Both the position numbers and the translations under genes were made by a program. A DNA stretch of 64,000 bases from Candidatus Tanganyikabacteria bacterium (GTDB taxonomy: Bacteria; Cyanobacteriota; Sericytochromatia; S15B-MN24; VGJW01), in NCBI GenBank assembly GCA_016867265.1, contig VGJW01000017.1, forward strand, positions 17 to 64,016, in the 5' to 3' direction. Position 1 is the first letter of the stretch. Every line of letters begins with the position of its first letter. This document shows positions 43,785 through 51,800 of the stretch, one piece after another. The notes under the pieces were generated by a model. The model had not been told where the DNA came from, ran no database searches, and saw nothing but the letters and a program-made list of their open reading frames with translations.

Positions 43785-44744
43785 TCAGGGCGTGAATACC
43801 CAGCTGGGGGCGTTGGATCGGGCAAAGGCCTTGGCGGTCTGGGCATTGCCCGTGTCCGTCCTGTAGGCCGTGACCGACCAAGTGTAGGGCACGCCGGGGA
43901 CGAGGACCGTGGTCCAGAAGCCGGGCATCACGCCGGGATAGCTGTCCCCGGATTCGCCGTACTTGATCGTGATACCTTCCTGACCGGCTCGGAAACCGCG
44001 CCACTGCGGCAGGAAGGTCTTGCCCGCGAACACTTCGACGAAGTAGCCATCGGCGTTGTTGACGCGCTCCCACTGGAAGGCAGGCTGGATACCCACGCCC
44101 ACAACGTTGTTGTCCGGTCCGACGAGCTTGGGGATATCGAGGGGATACAGGGGCGCGGTCTCGTCCTGACCGACGGCGATGACCTGGTCGCTGCTGTTGA
44201 AGGCCTCGATCTGGTAGCGGTACTTGACGCCCGGGGAGATGGGATTGACCGCGGGAATCGAGTATTCACGCCAGAAGAGGGGGAGCAGCTTGCCCAGGCG
44301 ACTGGCCGACACGGTGGTCTTGGTGACGAACTCCTCGGAACCCTCGACCGCGCGGCTGATGCGGTAGTGCGAAGCGTTGGGCAGAAGCTGCCACTTGAGA
44401 TCGATATGGATGTTGATGACGCGGGTGCCCAGGCCGAAGGGATTGAGCGGGTAGCTGCTGATGGAGTAGCTGGTCGCCTTGACCGAGACCTTGCCAGGCA
44501 CGATCGGGGGATCGGGCGTGGGAATGGGTTGGGGCATGTTGGTGGGTACGTCGCCGGGATCGTTGATCTGCGGCCCGACGGGACGCGGCTCCTGCTGCTG
44601 CTGGACCGGCTTGGGGGCCGTCGAGGTGCGGCTGGTCGCGGGCGTCGTGCGCGACGGCACGTTGCTGCCGCAGCCGGAGAGCAGGCCGAGCGCCAGGAAG
44701 AGCGCCGCCACCTTGCGGTGGGTCAACTGGCTGCGCTGGATCAC
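43785..44744 (-). CDS. Hypothetical lipoprotein with FN3-like repeats
   Basis: GTG 44744 behind GAGGAAG. VAALFLALGLLSGC lipobox, a P/T-rich linker, then beta-rich repeats (HYRISR, YRYQIEAF, YTWSVTAY). Confidence 0.65.
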   Translation of the reverse strand: MIQRSQLTHRKVAALFLALGLLSGCGSNVPSRTTPATSRTSTAPKPVQQQQEPRPVGPQINDPGDVPTNMPQPIPTPDPPIVPGKVSVKATSYSISSYPLNPFGLGTRVINIHIDLKWQLLPNASHYRISRAVEGSEEFVTKTTVSASRLGKLLPLFWREYSIPAVNPISPGVKYRYQIEAFNSSDQVIAVGQDETAPLYPLDIPKLVGPDNNVVGVGIQPAFQWERVNNADGYFVEVFAGKTFLPQWRGFRAGQEGITIKYGESGDSYPGVMPGFWTTVLVPGVPYTWSVTAYRTDTGNAQTAKAFARSNAPSWVFTP

Positions 44745-44795
44745 GGCGGGCTTCCTCACGAGACTAGAGGGTACTGATGGTTTATCGCGGCCGAA

Positions 44796-44835
44796 GGAGG
44801 TCAAGTTGCCTAATTCCGGGTTAAGCGGAGGTCAA
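44796..44835. repeat. Direct repeat GGAGGTCAA x2 with a 31-nt period (minus strand: TTGACCTCC) upstream of the lipoprotein gene
   Basis: Two exact 9-mers at 44796-44804 and 44827-44835, read directly. Confidence 0.6.
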
Positions 44836-44899
44836 TTCGCGGCGCGGGAGAAAGGCCGGAGAAGCGCGTACGGAAGGACCCGAAGGCTCCCGGGGGACG

Positions 44900-46342
44900 C
44901 TACAGACGATCCGCGAAGCGTGGCGTCTGGGCCGACTGGTACCAGGTGATGTCCAGGCCGGGGCTGACCTCGATGACCCGATTGGCGTCGGTGTCGGCAA
45001 TCAGGGTATTGCCACCGGGCAGGCGCTTGGCGGAGCCGGGGTTGAACAGGCCCGAGCCATCAGCGAGGCGCATCGCGCCACCGGCCATCCAGACCACGCG
45101 CTGGTTGCGGTCCAGCTCGAGGACACGGTTGTTGCCGGCGTCGCAGACCAGCCAGGTGTTGGTCGTCTTGAGAAACTGCACGTGGCTGGGCCGGTTCAGG
45201 ACCGAGACAGAACCGTTGCCCAGGGTGAAGACCACGTCGCCCATCGGCGTGACCTCGATGACGCGGTTGTTGCCCGTGTCGGCGATGAGCGTGTTGCCGT
45301 TCTCGAGGCGCTCGGCCCAGCGCGGTGCACGCAAGCCCTGGCGGAACTCCCAGATGCGGCTGTCCTGAGCATCGACCTCAATGACCCGATCATTGCCCGT
45401 ATCGGCGATGAGCGTCGAACCCAGACGCAGGCGCTGCGCGCCCCGGGCTGCCTTGGTACGACCGAAGAGCAAGAACTTTGAGGCATCGAACGTGAACGCC
45501 TTGCGCCCGCTGGGCTCGACCTCGACGACACCGCCGCCCAAGTGGCCGGCATCCGCAGCCAGAACGGTGTTGCGTCCCTGCACGAAGGCTGCGGACCAGA
45601 AGTCCGTGCCGGCCACCTTCATGATGGGGGCGTGAGTGGTATTGACCTCGATCAGCTGACCGGGAGTCGCGATGACGGTGTTGCCGGCTCGGGGACCCTT
45701 GGCCTGCGGATCGAGCGCGAGATCCAGCGTCTGCGAACCACCCGGCTTGAGGGCCAGGTCACGGGACAGGGGCAGGAAGCCCTGTGCCTCGACGCGAAGC
45801 GTCAGGGCACCTGGAACGAGACGATCGAGCTTGTAGGTGCCATCCGGACGGGACAGGGCCGAGACTGCGCCGGCCACGAGCCGGGCGCCCGCCACGGGGT
45901 TGCCGGCGACGCCGTCGGTGACCCGGCCCATCAGGACGGCATTACCCGCCTGGCCGAGCGAAAGCGAGACGCGGACGCGGACCGGCTCGGCCCCGCCCGA
46001 GAGCCTCAGGCCTTCGACGGCACCGGAAGCCCCTGCCTTCTCGGCACGGACGACATAGCCTTGCCCCGGGGCCAGGTTCTCGAGGATGCATTCGCCGCTC
46101 TCGTCGGTCTGGCCCTGCCCCACCGAGGCACCACGACCATCCGAGACCAGGACCAGCGCACCAGCGATGGCCGCGCCCTGCTGCGTCACGTAGACCGCAA
46201 GGGCACCAGCGGCCACTCCGGGATCCTCGGGGTCGATGCCATTCATGCCGCGGGCGCCGCAGCCTGCCGTCCAGAGTGCCACCAGCACGGCAACCAGCAT
46301 CCGCCATGACGGGCGGACGACGGGGCGGGCGTCTGGGGGCAT
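44900..46342 (-). CDS. Lipoprotein with carboxypeptidase-regulatory-like domains and an NHL/ASST-like beta-propeller
   Basis: ATG 46342 behind GAGG. LVALWTAGC lipobox. Two CarboxypepD_reg-like segments. Repeated TLIADTGN(N/D)RVIEV blades. Confidence 0.7.
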   Translation of the reverse strand: MPPDARPVVRPSWRMLVAVLVALWTAGCGARGMNGIDPEDPGVAAGALAVYVTQQGAAIAGALVLVSDGRGASVGQGQTDESGECILENLAPGQGYVVRAEKAGASGAVEGLRLSGGAEPVRVRVSLSLGQAGNAVLMGRVTDGVAGNPVAGARLVAGAVSALSRPDGTYKLDRLVPGALTLRVEAQGFLPLSRDLALKPGGSQTLDLALDPQAKGPRAGNTVIATPGQLIEVNTTHAPIMKVAGTDFWSAAFVQGRNTVLAADAGHLGGGVVEVEPSGRKAFTFDASKFLLFGRTKAARGAQRLRLGSTLIADTGNDRVIEVDAQDSRIWEFRQGLRAPRWAERLENGNTLIADTGNNRVIEVTPMGDVVFTLGNGSVSVLNRPSHVQFLKTTNTWLVCDAGNNRVLELDRNQRVVWMAGGAMRLADGSGLFNPGSAKRLPGGNTLIADTDANRVIEVSPGLDITWYQSAQTPRFADRL

Positions 46343-46431
46343 GAAGACCTCGGAGACGATGAGGGACCTGAAGGATTTATCCATGACCGGGCGCGAGGGC
46401 TTGCGGAGAACAGGTGAAGCTTTGGTAAAAG

Positions 46432-47703
46432 ATGGGTGTACCATGGGGTCCCATGCGTGAAGAAGCCCCGCTGAACATCGTCATCATCGGCAACGGAGCC
46501 GCCGGCACCACGTGCGCCGAGCACGTCCGCAAGTTCTCCCCGGATGCGCGCATCACCCTCATCGGGGATGAGGCCTTCCCGCTCTACAACAGGGTCGCGC
46601 TGCCGCCGATGCTCAAGGAGCGGATCCCGGAGGCACGCGTGATGCTCCGGGACCTGGCTTGGCACGACAAGATGGCCATCCGGCTCGAGTTGTCGTGCCG
46701 CGTCACCACCATCGACCGGACGGCACGAACCGTCGTCGACGACAAAGGTCGCATCCATCCGTGGGATCGCCTGCTCATCGCGACGGGAGGCAGGCCGCTG
46801 CCTCTCGCGCTCGAGGGTGCCGAACGCGCGACGAATCTCCATCACTTCCAATACCTGCGGGACACGCGGGCCCTGATGGAGGCCAGCCAACCGGGTCGCA
46901 CGGCCATGGTCTGCGGCGGGTCGTTCATCAGCTACGAGTTGGCCGAGGCGCTGATGGAACGGGGCTGCAGCGTTCATTGGCTGATTCGTGGCAGCCACTT
47001 CCTGCGGCGCGTGCTGCACGCCGAGGGTGGCGCCATCGTGGACGGGATTGCCCGCTCCCACGGCGTCCACATGCACTACGGCGTCGAAATCGCCCATCTG
47101 GACATGGATGGCGACCAGTGCCGCTCCGTGCGACTGACGAACGGTACGGCACTGACCTGCGACATGGTCGCGCTGGGCATTGGCCTGTCGCTCAACACCG
47201 ACCTCGCCAAGGCCGCAGGCCTCGATGTCCGCAAGGGCATCGTCGTCGACCGTCACTTGCAGACGAGCGACCCCGACATCTTCGCAGCCGGGGACGTCGC
47301 CGAATTCGAGGACATCTGGATTGGTGGGCCCAACTTGATGGGGACGTGGAACAATGCCCTTGGCCATGGCAAGGTCGTCGCCCGCAGGATGCTGGGTGAG
47401 GACATCGCCTACGAGGAGATCCCCGAATACACCACGGGGATGTTCCACCAGAAGATGACCGCCTTCGGCGTCACGCCGGAATCGGTCGGAGGCGTGACCA
47501 GCACTTGGCGCGCGAACGCCGAGGCCGAGTCCTTCCGCCAGTTGTTCTTCCTCGAGGGGCGCCTCGTCGGCGGGGTCCTGATTGGCGCCGACACTTCGGA
47601 GCGCAAGGCTTACAAGGAAATCATCCGCAGCCGCGCGGTCCACGACGCCGCTGCCATGGAGGCGTTGCTGGATCCCAGACCCAAGTCGGCGGCCAATACC
47701 TAG
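46432..47703 (+). CDS. FAD-dependent pyridine nucleotide-disulfide oxidoreductase (ferredoxin/rubredoxin-reductase or NirB-N-like)
   Basis: NIVIIGNGAAG, LLIATGGRP, AMVCGGSFISYELAEAL, IFAAGDVAEF. The start is ATG 46432 or 46453. Confidence 0.8.
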   Translation: MGVPWGPMREEAPLNIVIIGNGAAGTTCAEHVRKFSPDARITLIGDEAFPLYNRVALPPMLKERIPEARVMLRDLAWHDKMAIRLELSCRVTTIDRTARTVVDDKGRIHPWDRLLIATGGRPLPLALEGAERATNLHHFQYLRDTRALMEASQPGRTAMVCGGSFISYELAEALMERGCSVHWLIRGSHFLRRVLHAEGGAIVDGIARSHGVHMHYGVEIAHLDMDGDQCRSVRLTNGTALTCDMVALGIGLSLNTDLAKAAGLDVRKGIVVDRHLQTSDPDIFAAGDVAEFEDIWIGGPNLMGTWNNALGHGKVVARRMLGEDIAYEEIPEYTTGMFHQKMTAFGVTPESVGGVTSTWRANAEAESFRQLFFLEGRLVGGVLIGADTSERKAYKEIIRSRAVHDAAAMEALLDPRPKSAANT

Positions 47704-47736
47704 GCCGCAGGCCTCCAGTCGCCCCCCTGAACGAAC

Positions 47737-48348
47737 CTACTGCTCCGAGGCCGCAGCCTCGGCAGGACGCGCCACAGGCAACCCTGCGGCCTTCCAGGCC
47801 TCCATGCCGCCCTCGAGGTGGACCAACGCCTTGAAGCCCGCGGCACCCAGTTGTTCGGCCGCCTTGGTGGCCCGGCGGCCCGACTTGCAGACCAGCACGA
47901 CGGGACGGTCCTTCGGATGCTGCGCGGCCCAGGCACCAAGCGTGCCCAACGGGGCCAGGACGGCACCTTCGACATGGCCCTCGGCGAACTCGGCTGGTTC
48001 GCGCACATCCACGAGGACGGCCTCGGGGTGCTGCACGCGCCACGCGGCAAGGTCACCGGGCACGACGCGCGTCACGGGCGCGACAGGTGCAGGATCGGTC
48101 TGCAAGGCCTGTCCGTGGGCCTTGGCGCCGTGGGGTGCTGCCGCCTCGTGACCCTCCGTGGCCGCGGCCACGGTGGCCGCCGCACCCTTCACCTTGGCGA
48201 CGCAACAAGCCTTGCCTTCCGCAACGCCCTTGGCACAGCAGGCCTTGGCACCCTTGGCTTCTGCAGCCGGATCGCAAGCAAGGGCCGGATGCGCCCCCAC
48301 GGCAAGCAGAGCGGTCGCCAGCATCAGGAAGAGGGTCAGGTTCTTCAT
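47737..48348 (-). CDS. Secreted rhodanese-domain protein with a Cys-rich N-terminal extension
   Basis: Signal peptide MKNLTLFLMLATALLAVGAHPALA. CDPAAEAKGAKACCAKGVAEGKACCVAK. Rhodanese core LVDVREPAEFAEGHVEGA...VLVCKSGRRA. Confidence 0.8.
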   Translation of the reverse strand: MKNLTLFLMLATALLAVGAHPALACDPAAEAKGAKACCAKGVAEGKACCVAKVKGAAATVAAATEGHEAAAPHGAKAHGQALQTDPAPVAPVTRVVPGDLAAWRVQHPEAVLVDVREPAEFAEGHVEGAVLAPLGTLGAWAAQHPKDRPVVLVCKSGRRATKAAEQLGAAGFKALVHLEGGMEAWKAAGLPVARPAEAAASEQ

Positions 48349-48354
48349 GACCCG

Positions 48355-48363
48355 ATTATATCA
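48355..48363 (-). promoter_or_regulatory. Extended -10 element TGATATAAT (minus strand), whose TGA is the lysC stop; its last T lies 7 nt upstream of the rhodanese ATG
   Basis: Read directly: minus strand ...TGATATAATCGGGTCATG. There is no SD in the 12-nt gap. This implies a leaderless or near-leaderless transcript if it is active. Confidence 0.4.
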
Positions 48364-49611
48364 GCGGGCCAGCACCCTCGGCTGACGGACCTCGTGCAGC
48401 GCAAATCGCCGATGGGCGGCCTGAACGGCGGCCAAGCCGAGGTGACGCGGCACCACGCAGGAGACCTTGATTTCCGAGGTCGCGATCATGCGAATGGGAA
48501 TCGCGGCCTGCTCGAGCGCCTCAAACAACCCCGCGGCCACCCCGGGATGGTGCACCATGCCCGCTCCAACGATGGAAACCTTGGCAACCGAGTCGTCGAT
48601 CTCGAGCGTGGCCCCTTGATGGCTGGCGACCCAGCGGGTCGCGACCTCGGCGGCGGCTTTCCGGTCGCCGCTCGCCACGGTGAAGCCCAGATCAAGCTGG
48701 TCGCCACCCGGTCCCGTGCGCACGAGCATCGTGATGACATCGACATTTCGCCCGGCTTGAGCCAGGGCCATGAACAGCGAGGGCGGGATGTCGGGCCGAT
48801 CGGGCAACCCGCGCAGGACCAGCCGGACCTGATCAAGGTCCACGGTCACACCCGTGACGGGATGCCTGATTTCCAGTTGGTCCACTCCCCTGACGATGGT
48901 TCCGGGATGGCTGCCGAAACTACTGCGCACCACGAGAGGCATGTTGGACCGTGCGGCCAGTTCGACCGACCTTGGATGCAGCACCTTGGCCCCGAGACTG
49001 GCCAATTCTAGCATCTCGTCGTAAGCCACCTCGGGCAGCAGACGCGCCTCGGGCACCACCCTCGGATCGGTGGTGTAGACGCCGTCCACATCCGTGCATA
49101 TCTCGCATCGATCCGCCTTCAGGGCCACGGCAAGTGCCACGGCTGTCGTATCCGAACCACCGCGCCCGAGCGTCGTGACCTCGCCGTCCTCGGTGATCCC
49201 CTGAAAGCCGGCCACCACCGGCACGATGCCCTCGGCCAGCAGGGCCTCGAGGCGGCCGGTCTCGACGCGGGCGATGGCGGCGCGCGTATGGTCGGCCGCC
49301 GTCACCATACCTGCCTGGAAGCCCAGCATCGACCGCGCAGGGACACCCAGTCCCTCGAGGGCAGCCGCGACCAGAGCAATGGAAACCTGCTCGCCCGAGG
49401 CCAGCAACATGTCGACCTCGCGTCCCGGTGGCCGCTCCGAAACCTGAGCCATAAGGTCGACGAGATGATCGGTGGCGTGGCCCATGGCCGACACCACGAC
49501 GGCGACCTCGTCACCTGCGGCACACCGCGCCGCGACCAGATCCGCGACGGCACGAACCCGGGCCGCCGTGCCGACGGACGTGCCACCATACTTGAGGACG
49601 ATTCTGGCCAT
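48361..49611 (-). CDS. lysC: Aspartate kinase
   Basis: 416 aa from MARIVLKYGGTSVG. VVVSAMGHATDHL, TLGRGGSDTTAVALA, C-terminal ACT-like repeats. Confidence 0.93.
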   Translation of the reverse strand: MARIVLKYGGTSVGTAARVRAVADLVAARCAAGDEVAVVVSAMGHATDHLVDLMAQVSERPPGREVDMLLASGEQVSIALVAAALEGLGVPARSMLGFQAGMVTAADHTRAAIARVETGRLEALLAEGIVPVVAGFQGITEDGEVTTLGRGGSDTTAVALAVALKADRCEICTDVDGVYTTDPRVVPEARLLPEVAYDEMLELASLGAKVLHPRSVELAARSNMPLVVRSSFGSHPGTIVRGVDQLEIRHPVTGVTVDLDQVRLVLRGLPDRPDIPPSLFMALAQAGRNVDVITMLVRTGPGGDQLDLGFTVASGDRKAAAEVATRWVASHQGATLEIDDSVAKVSIVGAGMVHHPGVAAGLFEALEQAAIPIRMIATSEIKVSCVVPRHLGLAAVQAAHRRFALHEVRQPRVLAR

Positions 49612-49627
49612 GACCGGGCGCATGGTA

Positions 49628-49649
49628 GCCCCCCGGGATCCCCGGGGGC
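49628..49649. promoter_or_regulatory. Near-perfect 22-bp palindrome GCCCCCCGGGATCCCCGGGGGC in the lysC/ferredoxin divergent region
   Basis: Read directly. 10 of 11 arm positions are complementary. Function unknown. Confidence 0.3.
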
Positions 49650-49691
49650 AAGCGGCCCGCACCCACGGGGCGCTCTGCTAGGATAACCACC

Positions 49692-50021
49692 ATGCCCAAG
49701 CCGCGACTTCATCTGCTGGTCTGTACCAATGCTCGGCCTCCCGACCACCCCAAGGGATCCTGCCAACCCCGTGGCGCCGAGGCCTTGCTCGCGGCCCTGA
49801 AGCGCGAGGTCGTCCAGCGCGGTCTCCAGAAGGAGGTCTTCGTGACGAAATCGGGCTGTCTCAAGAGTTGCCCCCACGGTCCGATCGTGGCCTGCTGGCC
49901 GGCAGGGGACTTTGTTGCAAGCTGCGACGAAGGCGAAGCCCCGATGCTGCTCGATGCCTTCCTCGCCGGATCCATCCCCTCGGGGCGCGCCGTCCCCGCG
50001 GACGAGATCGGCCTCTACTGA
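49692..50021 (+). CDS. Thioredoxin-like [2Fe-2S] ferredoxin
   Basis: 109 aa. LLVCTNARP...GSCQPRG and SGCLKSCPHGP Cys pairs. Confidence 0.7.
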   Translation: MPKPRLHLLVCTNARPPDHPKGSCQPRGAEALLAALKREVVQRGLQKEVFVTKSGCLKSCPHGPIVACWPAGDFVASCDEGEAPMLLDAFLAGSIPSGRAVPADEIGLY

Positions 50022-50028
50022 CCCCGGA

Positions 50029-50655
50029 CTACTTGATTCCGCGACCCGACAGGAGCAGGCCCGGCGTGGCCAGCAGGATGCGCACGTCGCGCAGCAGGCC
50101 TGGATCGCGCACGTAGTCCATGTCGTAGGCCAGCTTGGTCTCGAGCGGCAGGTCGTCCCGGCCGTGAATCTGTGCCCAACCCGAAAGTCCGGGTCGGACG
50201 GACAGGATGTCACGCTGAGCGACGGTCCACTCGGCCTCGAGGATGCCGGGCACCTCGGGCCTGGGACCGATGAAACTCATGTCGCCCTTCAGAATGTTGA
50301 GTAATTGCGGCAATTCATCGATGCTCGTCCGGCGCAACAGTCGCCCGAGGCGCGTGATGCGGGGATCTCCCGTCTGCGTCAGCTCGGGCCCCGCGACACC
50401 CGTCCGCATCGTACGCAGCTTGTAGATGACGAAGGGGCGACCGCCCCGGCCCACCCGCCACTGCCGGAACAACGCCGGGCCGGGGCTGTCCAGCCGGACC
50501 GCCACGACAACCACCAGCAATACGGGCACCACCAGCACGCCCAGAGCCAGGGCAGCAACGAGATCCGCAAGACGCTTGCCACCCAGGAGCCACGGTCCGC
50601 GAGGCGGCGTCACCAAGGCCGGCGGGGCGAAGTCCTGAGGTCTGGGCGGGATCAC
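50029..50655 (-). CDS. Small monotopic phosphoglycosyl transferase (Bac_transf; PglC/WbaP-C-like)
   Basis: KRLADLVAAL..., SPGPALFRQWRVGRGGRPFVIYKLRTM, DELPQLLNILKGDMSFIGPRP. GTG 50655 gives a GTGA overlap (the track start is 50664). Confidence 0.9.
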   Translation of the reverse strand: MIPPRPQDFAPPALVTPPRGPWLLGGKRLADLVAALALGVLVVPVLLVVVVAVRLDSPGPALFRQWRVGRGGRPFVIYKLRTMRTGVAGPELTQTGDPRITRLGRLLRRTSIDELPQLLNILKGDMSFIGPRPEVPGILEAEWTVAQRDILSVRPGLSGWAQIHGRDDLPLETKLAYDMDYVRDPGLLRDVRILLATPGLLLSGRGIK

Positions 50656-51800
50656 GCCCGGCACGCCTCCAAGGCCTCGAGGACGAGGCGCTGGTCGTCG
50701 TCACTCATGCGGGGGTAGAGCGGCAAGCTCAGCATCGTATCCGCTGCCGCATCGCAATGGGGGAACTCACCCGGCCTTACGCCAAGTTCGCGCTGGTAGA
50801 AGGAATGGTGGTGGATGGGGATGTAATGGACCGAAGTCCCGATGCCCCGGGCCTTGAGTTCCTCGATGAGACGATCCCGGCCGAAGGACCAGCCGCCGGC
50901 GACGAGGCGCACGACATAGAGGTGCCACGCGTGCGTGCCTTCCTGGACATCGGGGCGGGGTGGCGCCACGAGGCCCAGGGCCTCCATGGCCTCGTCGTAG
51001 ACCCCGGCCAATGCCAGTCGACGCTCCTGCATGGCTTGGAAGCGACGCAACTGGGCCAGGCCCAGCGCAGCCGTCGGGTCCGTCATGTTGTACTTGTAGC
51101 CCAGCATCTCGACGTCATAGCGCCACGAGCCGTCGGCCGTGAAGCGTTTCCATGCGTCACGGCTCATGCCGTGCAGGGCAAGCTTGCGAAGCCGGGCCGC
51201 AAGTTCGTCGTCATCGGTCGTGACCATGCCGCCGTCACCTGTCGCGAGGTTCTTGGTCGCGTAGAAGCTGAAGCATGTGGCCAGCGTGCCGAGGCCCACC
51301 GGCACACCCGCGACGGCCGTCCCCAGGGCGTGGGCGGCATCATCCACCAGCGCCAGGCCATGTTTCGTGGCCAGGTCCCGAAAGGCCCCGAGTGGTGCAG
51401 GATAACCCGCGTAGTGGATCGGCAGCAGCGCGCGGGTCCGGGGCGTGATGGCCCGGGCTGCGGCCTCGGGGTCCATGCACAGCGTCCGGGGGTCGACGTC
51501 GACCAACACGGGCCGTGCCCCCGTCTCGAGGATGGTATTGACGGTCGCACAAAACGTCAGCGGCGTTGTCAGGACCTCGTCTCCGGGCCCCACGCCAGCA
51601 CCGAGCAAGGCAAGGTGCAGGGCCGCCGTGCACGAACTGACGGCAATGGCGTGCCGCGCCCCGACGTGCTCCGCAAAGGCAGCCTCGAAGGCCTTGACTT
51701 TGGGCCCGGCCGTCAGCCAGCCGCTCTCGAGGCTCTCGAGCACCTCACGCTTCTCGTCCTCGCCAACCAGCGGCAGGTGAAAGGGAACCTTCAGGCTCAC
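50652..51800 (-). CDS. DegT/DnrJ/EryC1/StrS-family sugar aminotransferase (PglE-like)
   Basis: 382 aa. AVSSCTAALHLAL, DDAAHALG, FSFYATKNLATGDGG (PLP Lys). Confidence 0.9.
   Translation of the reverse strand: MSLKVPFHLPLVGEDEKREVLESLESGWLTAGPKVKAFEAAFAEHVGARHAIAVSSCTAALHLALLGAGVGPGDEVLTTPLTFCATVNTILETGARPVLVDVDPRTLCMDPEAAARAITPRTRALLPIHYAGYPAPLGAFRDLATKHGLALVDDAAHALGTAVAGVPVGLGTLATCFSFYATKNLATGDGGMVTTDDDELAARLRKLALHGMSRDAWKRFTADGSWRYDVEMLGYKYNMTDPTAALGLAQLRRFQAMQERRLALAGVYDEAMEALGLVAPPRPDVQEGTHAWHLYVVRLVAGGWSFGRDRLIEELKARGIGTSVHYIPIHHHSFYQRELGVRPGEFPHCDAAADTMLSLPLYPRMSDDDQRLVLEALEACRA

Noticed and set aside
44805-44949. Small plus-strand ORF starting at TTG right after the SD-like AAGGAGG
   Set aside because: The product is Arg/Gly-rich and overlaps the 3' end of the beta-propeller lipoprotein gene. 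The GGAGG is better explained as the reverse complement of the TTGACCTCC direct repeat.
49612-49691. Lysine riboswitch (L-box) in front of lysC
   Set aside because: The leader can be at most ~80 nt before the divergent ferredoxin gene, far shorter than an L-box.
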